Assembly (NCBI GenBank): GCA_002269645.1
Contig: NIVC01000587.1
Span: 372,001 to 436,000 of the forward strand
Source: Macrostomum lignano
Lineage: Eukaryota
Reading direction: 5' to 3'
Length of the DNA: 64,000 bases
This document shows, in pieces, positions 23,766 to 64,000 of the stretch. The position numbers were made by a program, and so were the translations under genes. How positions within the stretch are numbered: the first letter of the stretch is position 1; each line of letters begins with the position of its first letter. Below the pieces are notes generated by a model that was not told where the DNA came from, did not search any database, and saw only the letters and a program-made list of their open reading frames with translations.

Positions 23766-25504
23766 GTCACTCTAGAACTACAATTAACGCTTCTAGTCCC
23801 TCTGGAACAGTTTTCAACCTTTCTAGTCACTCTGGAATTATTGTCACGTCTTCTAGTCACCCTGGAACCGCAATTAACCTTTCTACTCAATCAATCTAAA
23901 CACCCCGAAATTATCACCCCATTCTACTCAACTAAGAACTGTATGTGCCTCCTCTACATATAGCAACTTGTAATCTATTCGATATAAGATGTCCTGACAG
24001 GATCCTACATCGTCTCACCGACTAAGCTTAGGCTACTACGAATGTACAAATTCGTTGGCATTCAGGAAACGCAGGAAAAAGAAAATTATAAGCGAGATGA
24101 AAAGAAAGGAGGGGTTCAGGAAACGACCCGCAGGTTCCGACTTACTAAGGCAAACTGAGTGACATGTAGGCAGCCCAGCCTACATATCCGGTACAATTTC
24201 ACTGCGATAACAAAGCGGGGTCCCGCCCGCATTTCCGGACCTCAGGAACTCCTGCATCGATGCTTCTACAAGCGTACAGGTGCCCGGCAGTTTTTTGCCA
24301 CAGGAAATTGTCGTTGGGAGTCATTAAGAATTTGCTAGGGAGACTAGACATACTAGAACCATACTAAGGTCAATATAGTGTGAGCAATGGTAGATTGTAT
24401 AGTATGTTGCGGAGTTAAATAATAGCCAAAGCACTGGCTATGATTCAACAATGCAACATTCATGTGCTATACAAGCGCATTGTATACCATTTTTACCCAG
24501 CACACCGGTCATTTTAACGCACTTTTAAATTTGATTTGATTGGACGAGAGATGGGGTGGGTGAACTTGGGCAGAGAGTATGATGTACATTGATTACGGTT
24601 GTGTCGAGGACCAGTTAAATTGACAATCAGATAAGATAATGGGCGAGTCTATAACTCAGTCATAAATGTTTAATTAGTTAAATAAAAGCATAGCAGTGTG
24701 CCTGCTCTTATCAATTGGAAAAATCTGGAGCCGCTGGAGTCGCTGAATGGTGTAATTTTTGACTTGTAATTGTGTCTGGGTAAAAGTTCTTTACAATGCT
24801 GCAGTATTCAACTCATAGCATTGCATTACCAGTTAGTACTGTTCACTTTAGCTATAAATAGATTGCAAAAAGTCTGGGTGAAGCTTTGAGTCCGGTTACA
24901 TACTGTAATATTGCGGTACTATAGCTGAGCGATAAGAAAACTATGGCGTTTTCATAATTATAAAACAAAATAAGAATGAAATAATATTATATGAAAGTGC
25001 TTTCCGAAATTGGAATTCAATTAATTATTGGAAATCCAGCAGGTTTCTGCGCAAACTGGATCGGTCGTCTCCCATGCCGTTGCCCGTTATTAGAAACCTA
25101 AAAATTGAAATTATTCAAATTTATGATCTGGTTAGCGTTCTCATCAAATCTAATTGAGAACTGGATATTGAGTAGTCATAGAGCTCGGGAAATGAACAGT
25201 CATGTAGTCATAGAATCTGGTGGAATGAGTGGTCATAGCAGTCATAGAGTATAATGAATGACCGGTCATGTGGTTATTAAACCTAGGGAATGAGTGATCA
25301 TAGCAGTCATAGAATCTGGTGGAATGAGCCGTCATAACAGCCATAAAATATAGTGAATGAGCGGTCATGCGGTTATTGAACCTTGGGAATAAGCGATCAT
25401 GCAGTCATACAATATAGAGGTTTTTAGGCCATACAAAGCAACTAATGGAGAGCCATTAGATCTGAGGACAGAGAGGTCATAGATCTGGAGCTAAGCATAT
25501 TTAC

Positions 25505-60053
<34,549 letters not shown>

Positions 60054-60197
60054 CTGCGGGCGGTGGTGGAGTGGCGTGGTACAACTGAAGCGAGCTGTGC
60101 CAACAGTTTGTGCAGCTCAGACAAGAACGGCATGATCTGCGTACACCGAGAGTCAACACAGGATGCCTTACACAAGAGTTTTGGAGCTAGACTGTTT

Positions 60198-60285
60198 ACT
60201 TTTTTGTTTACTGTTCAGTTTACTGTTCAGTTTACTGTTCAGTTTACTGTTCAGTTTACTGTTCAGTTTACCGTTCAGTTTAAGT
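60198..60285. repeat. 12-bp repeat GTTTACTGTTCA
   Basis: About 7 copies. Confidence 0.85.
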
Positions 60286-61224
60286 TCAGTTTATTCTGAT
60301 AACAGTTTTTTACGATTCCCCTTTACCGTTGTTGAAGTGTTCTCATTTGACATAAACTTTGACATAAGAGCAAAGACAGGTTTGGCCATGGACAACACGC
60401 AAATTTCTGACTGAGAAACTCCCATGCCCATATAAGAGCTAGCTTTGCTGACTGCAGCAAGAGAAGCTCGGTGTTTAACACTGATATTTAACAAGCCTGT
60501 CCTTGTTGCAGTCGCAGACTTAATCAAACTTAAAATAACTTGCAAAAGTTAAATGGCACTGCTGAAAATGCAACGTTAGCGTCAATCAACTAAGGGATCA
60601 ATAAAGAGCGCCATTGAATTGAATACATTGTAGGAGCAATAGGGATAAAAAACAGGACGTATAGACTGGAGCGGCATCTTTACTTTTCTCTCCTTTTTGA
60701 AATTCAATTACCTTAGCCCTTAGCTCAAGTACTTCTCTGCCTGCCTGCCTGCCTCCTTATCTATCTTCATCCCCAGCTAGGTTAGCTAGTACTGAGCAAG
60801 CGTACCCTGAGCACAATCTGTCATTGAGTCCGGTGGGGCAGCTCAGCTCACCTAGTACACGCAGTGTAAATTCTCGACTAATAATGTCCTTGCTAAAAAA
60901 ACGATTTTATCTATTTTGACCTGCGCTGCGAGCTCTTAACTCGTAAATCGTACAGTTTTAGTAAAGTCGGTAATACGCTTATATTGATCTGCGATTAATG
61001 CTGACCTGAATTCATTGTTACTAGTAGGATTTGCGCCAGTCTCTTCAGATCTCTCAGCATGATTTGAGTCTCAAGAGTCCAGCATCTTGCAAGACTATTA
61101 TCTACCTAGGTCTCTGTTTCTCTATGCTTTCTGTGGTCTTCAACCCTAGTCTTAATTCGCTTGTCTCTGTCCTCTATCACCTCCGTCTCTTGCACAGTTG
61201 TCTCCAGTCTATTGCACAAGCGCT

Positions 61225-62415
61225 TTTGGTCTCTATTCCGCCTGTCTATAGTGTCTATCCTGACTGTCTCTGGTCTCTATTCCGCCTGTCTATAGTGTCT
61301 ATCCTGACTGTCTCTGGTCTCTATTCCGCCTGTCTATAGTGTCTATCCTGACTGTCTCTGGTCTCTATTCCGTCTGTCTATAGTGTCTATCCTGACTGTC
61401 TCTGGTCTCTATTCCGCTTGTCTTTGGTGTCTATCCTGACTGTCTCTGGTCTCTATTCCGCTTGTCTTTGGTGTCTATCCGGACTGTCTCTGGTCTCTAT
61501 TCCGCCTGTCTATAGTGTCTATCCTGACTGTCTCTGGTCTCTATTCCGTCTGTCTATAGTGTCTATCCGGACTGTCTCTGGTCTCTATTCCGCCTGTCTA
61601 TAGTGTCTATCCTGACTGTCTCTGGTCTCTATTCCGCTTGTCTTTGGTGTCTATCCTGACTGTCTCTGGTCTCTATTCCGTCTGTCTATGGTGTCTATCC
61701 TGACTGTCTCTGGTCTCTATTCCGTCTGTCTATGGTGTCTTTCCTGACTCTGGTCTCTATTCCGCCTGTCTATGGTGTCTATCCTGACTGTCTCTGGTCT
61801 CTATTCCGTCTGTCTATAGTGTCTATCCTGACTGTCTCTAGTCTCTATTCCGTCTGTCTATAGTGTCTATCCTGACTCTGTCTCTGGTCTCTATTCCGTC
61901 TGTCTATAGTGTTTATCCTGACTGTCTCTGGTCTCTATTCCGTCTGTCTATAGTGTCTATCCTGACTCTGTCTCTGGTCTCTATTCCGCCTGTCTATAGT
62001 GTCTATCCTGACTGTCTCTGGTCTCTATTCCGCTTGTCTATGGTGTCTATCCTGACTGTCTCTGGTCTCTATTCCGTCTGTCTATGGTGTCTATCCTGAC
62101 TGTCTCTGGTCGCTATTCCGTCTGTCTATGGTGTCTATCCTGACTGTCTCTGGTCTCTATTCCGCTTGTCTTTGGTGTCTATCCTGACTGTCTCTGGTCT
62201 CTATTCCGTCTGTCTATGGTGTCTATCCTGACTGTCTCTAGTCTCTATTCCGTTTGTCTATAGTGTTTATCCTGACTGTCTCTGGTCTCTATTCCGCTTG
62301 TCTTTGGTGTCTATCCTGACTGTCTCTGGTCTCTATTCCGTCTGTCTATAGTGTCTATCCTGACTGTCTCTAGTCTCTATTCCGTCTGTCTATGGTGTCT
62401 ATCCTGACCGTCTCT
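61225..62415. repeat. 44-bp minisatellite CTATTCCGCCTGTCTATAGTGTCTATCCTGACTGTCTCTGGTCT
   Basis: About 27 copies. Confidence 0.92.
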
Positions 62416-63049
62416 GCATGGTCACTATTACTTGTCTTCATCGTCGGTTGTACATGTCTTTGACCTTTATCATACGTGTCTCTGTGACTATTCTACTTGT
62501 CCAAGGTTTCTATTACAATGAACTCTGTCTCTATCCTCTATCGCACCTGCCTCTAGTCTCTATCTCGCCTCATGTTTCTTCGGGATATTTTACACACTTT
62601 GCACAGATACTTCACACGCATTCCGTACTTTACTAATCTCTAAGTGCCTCACAGAATTGATGACACAAGCCTGTAGGGCATGACAGGATTTTTGTAGCAG
62701 CGCGAGAGAAAGCTTCTATTAGATCGTTGCATACTCAGCCCCGAGGTGAAGCCAGGGGGTACAGATGAAGGGAACCGGGCATTTCTGCACTCTAAGCCAG
62801 CATACCATAAACGATGCCAATTCTGATCGATCAGCTTTTTTGCATTCGAGTACAGCTAAGTTCTCGGTGTCACAAAGTAAAGGCAGTTAAAGCTGGTTTA
62901 GTCACGCGCCACTTTCCCCATTCCACACCAGGCAGGCCAGGGTGGGTTCCCGCAGCACTTGTGCAAAGATTTCGACTTTGTACACACTGTGTAGACCTAT
63001 CTTAGTATACTCGTAGCAATGTACATTATAACGTGATTTTCATTCCTAG

Positions 63050-63600
63050 CCAATAACATTTCAAACAGCCTACCAAAGAACTAAGCGATTGTGGCGATCA
63101 CTACCGATATGTTGCGTTAAAAACTTTGCGCTGACGATTTTTTATCGCAATTTTATGAAGCCTACCGAGTTTCCAACACTATTTAATTTACCATGAGGAG
63201 CCCACAGGACGCCGCGCAAGTTAAAGCATCAGAAGAGGCATTCCATCCCAAGATCCCTTAACTAAGTGGGCCCTTTTAGGATGGCCGAAAAGTTTTTGAT
63301 GGACCAAGTTAAACCGCATGCAGCGACCAGCCCTCTGGGAGCTGTGTGGACAGCTTGATTAGGCTGGAGTCTGCTAGATGGAGCTCGCTTTTACAAGTTC
63401 AAAGTACTTCTAGGCAATGGAAAGCTAGGCCTAAAAAGGGGGATTTTCCAAGTTAATGCTCGAATTAATGCATGCAGGGAGGTGGCGATTGCTGAATTAC
63501 CCGGGTAATTTAATCAGCCGTGCTGTCACCTTTGCTCTAAGAAGCTGAGATAGACACAAGGAAGAGGTTCATCAGCTGCACAAGAATATTGTTTTACAAT
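63050..63600 (+). mobile_element. Possible highly decayed Gypsy-like pol fragment (RNase H-integrase junction)
   Basis: Broken frames give N..AD.LS-like (63120-63150) and QDPLTKWALLGWPK motifs; many stops and frameshifts. Confidence 0.25.
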
Positions 63601-64000
63601 CTGCTAATATCAAAAGTTTGTAACTTTCCAATCGTGTCAAAAACAGAACCTCCCATTTGAATTTCGATTTAGACTTTGGTCCAGCGCAACCTTTCTAATT
63701 ACAGCATCAAGATTGCGCCTTTCACAATCAGCGATGATTTATGAAGCCAAACTGTCTGGCTGAACTTCTGGCCGCTAGCAGGTCATAAAATGATAGGCCG
63801 AAACTCTGTTTACGGCAGCGTCACAGCTTTTCCAGCTCGGAAGCAGAAATATAAAATCTGTAAAGCAGGATAGCCGTAGCGTCCCAATCGGACATTTTAG
63901 GGATTTTTAGGCGAAAAAGCAAGTAAATATTAATGTTTATAATGAAGTACAGTTAAATACGTGTGGAACCCTGATTGATAAGCTTTTCTGACAAAGATAC

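Overview
Eukaryotic (metazoan) genomic DNA with GT-AG introns, GC-rich exons and a very high density of unrelated minisatellites. This is compatible with a free-living flatworm such as Macrostomum, but the organism is inferred, not identified. Three genes are well supported: a two-exon ELOF1 (+, 9188-10101); a five-exon MATH-BTB (SPOP-like) gene with a long in-frame Gln-rich repeat N-terminus (-, 22281-17862); and a large multi-PDZ scaffold gene of the MPDZ/PATJ family (-, from at least 60053 down to about 25505, with neither end resolved). Mobile DNA comprises a Tc1 transposase tail, nested MITE/Merlin remnants, a 4.5-kb Foldback/Mutator-like element (9-bp TSD, TIRs built from 14-bp tandem repeats) with a nested Crypton-like tyrosine-recombinase remnant, a hAT MITE swollen by a 31-bp satellite, and tRNA-derived SINEs. 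The most unusual signal is an AT-rich domain at about 4.4-8.7 kb packed with TA-GGCC-TA motifs. Two paired inverted-repeat comparisons show these motifs are insertions at TA sites, and the same domain shows strong C>T/G>A decay that includes non-CpG sites. Most long ORFs in the track are tandem-repeat artefacts. Exon boundaries and alignments were read by eye; protein family calls come from recalled motif similarity, not database searches.
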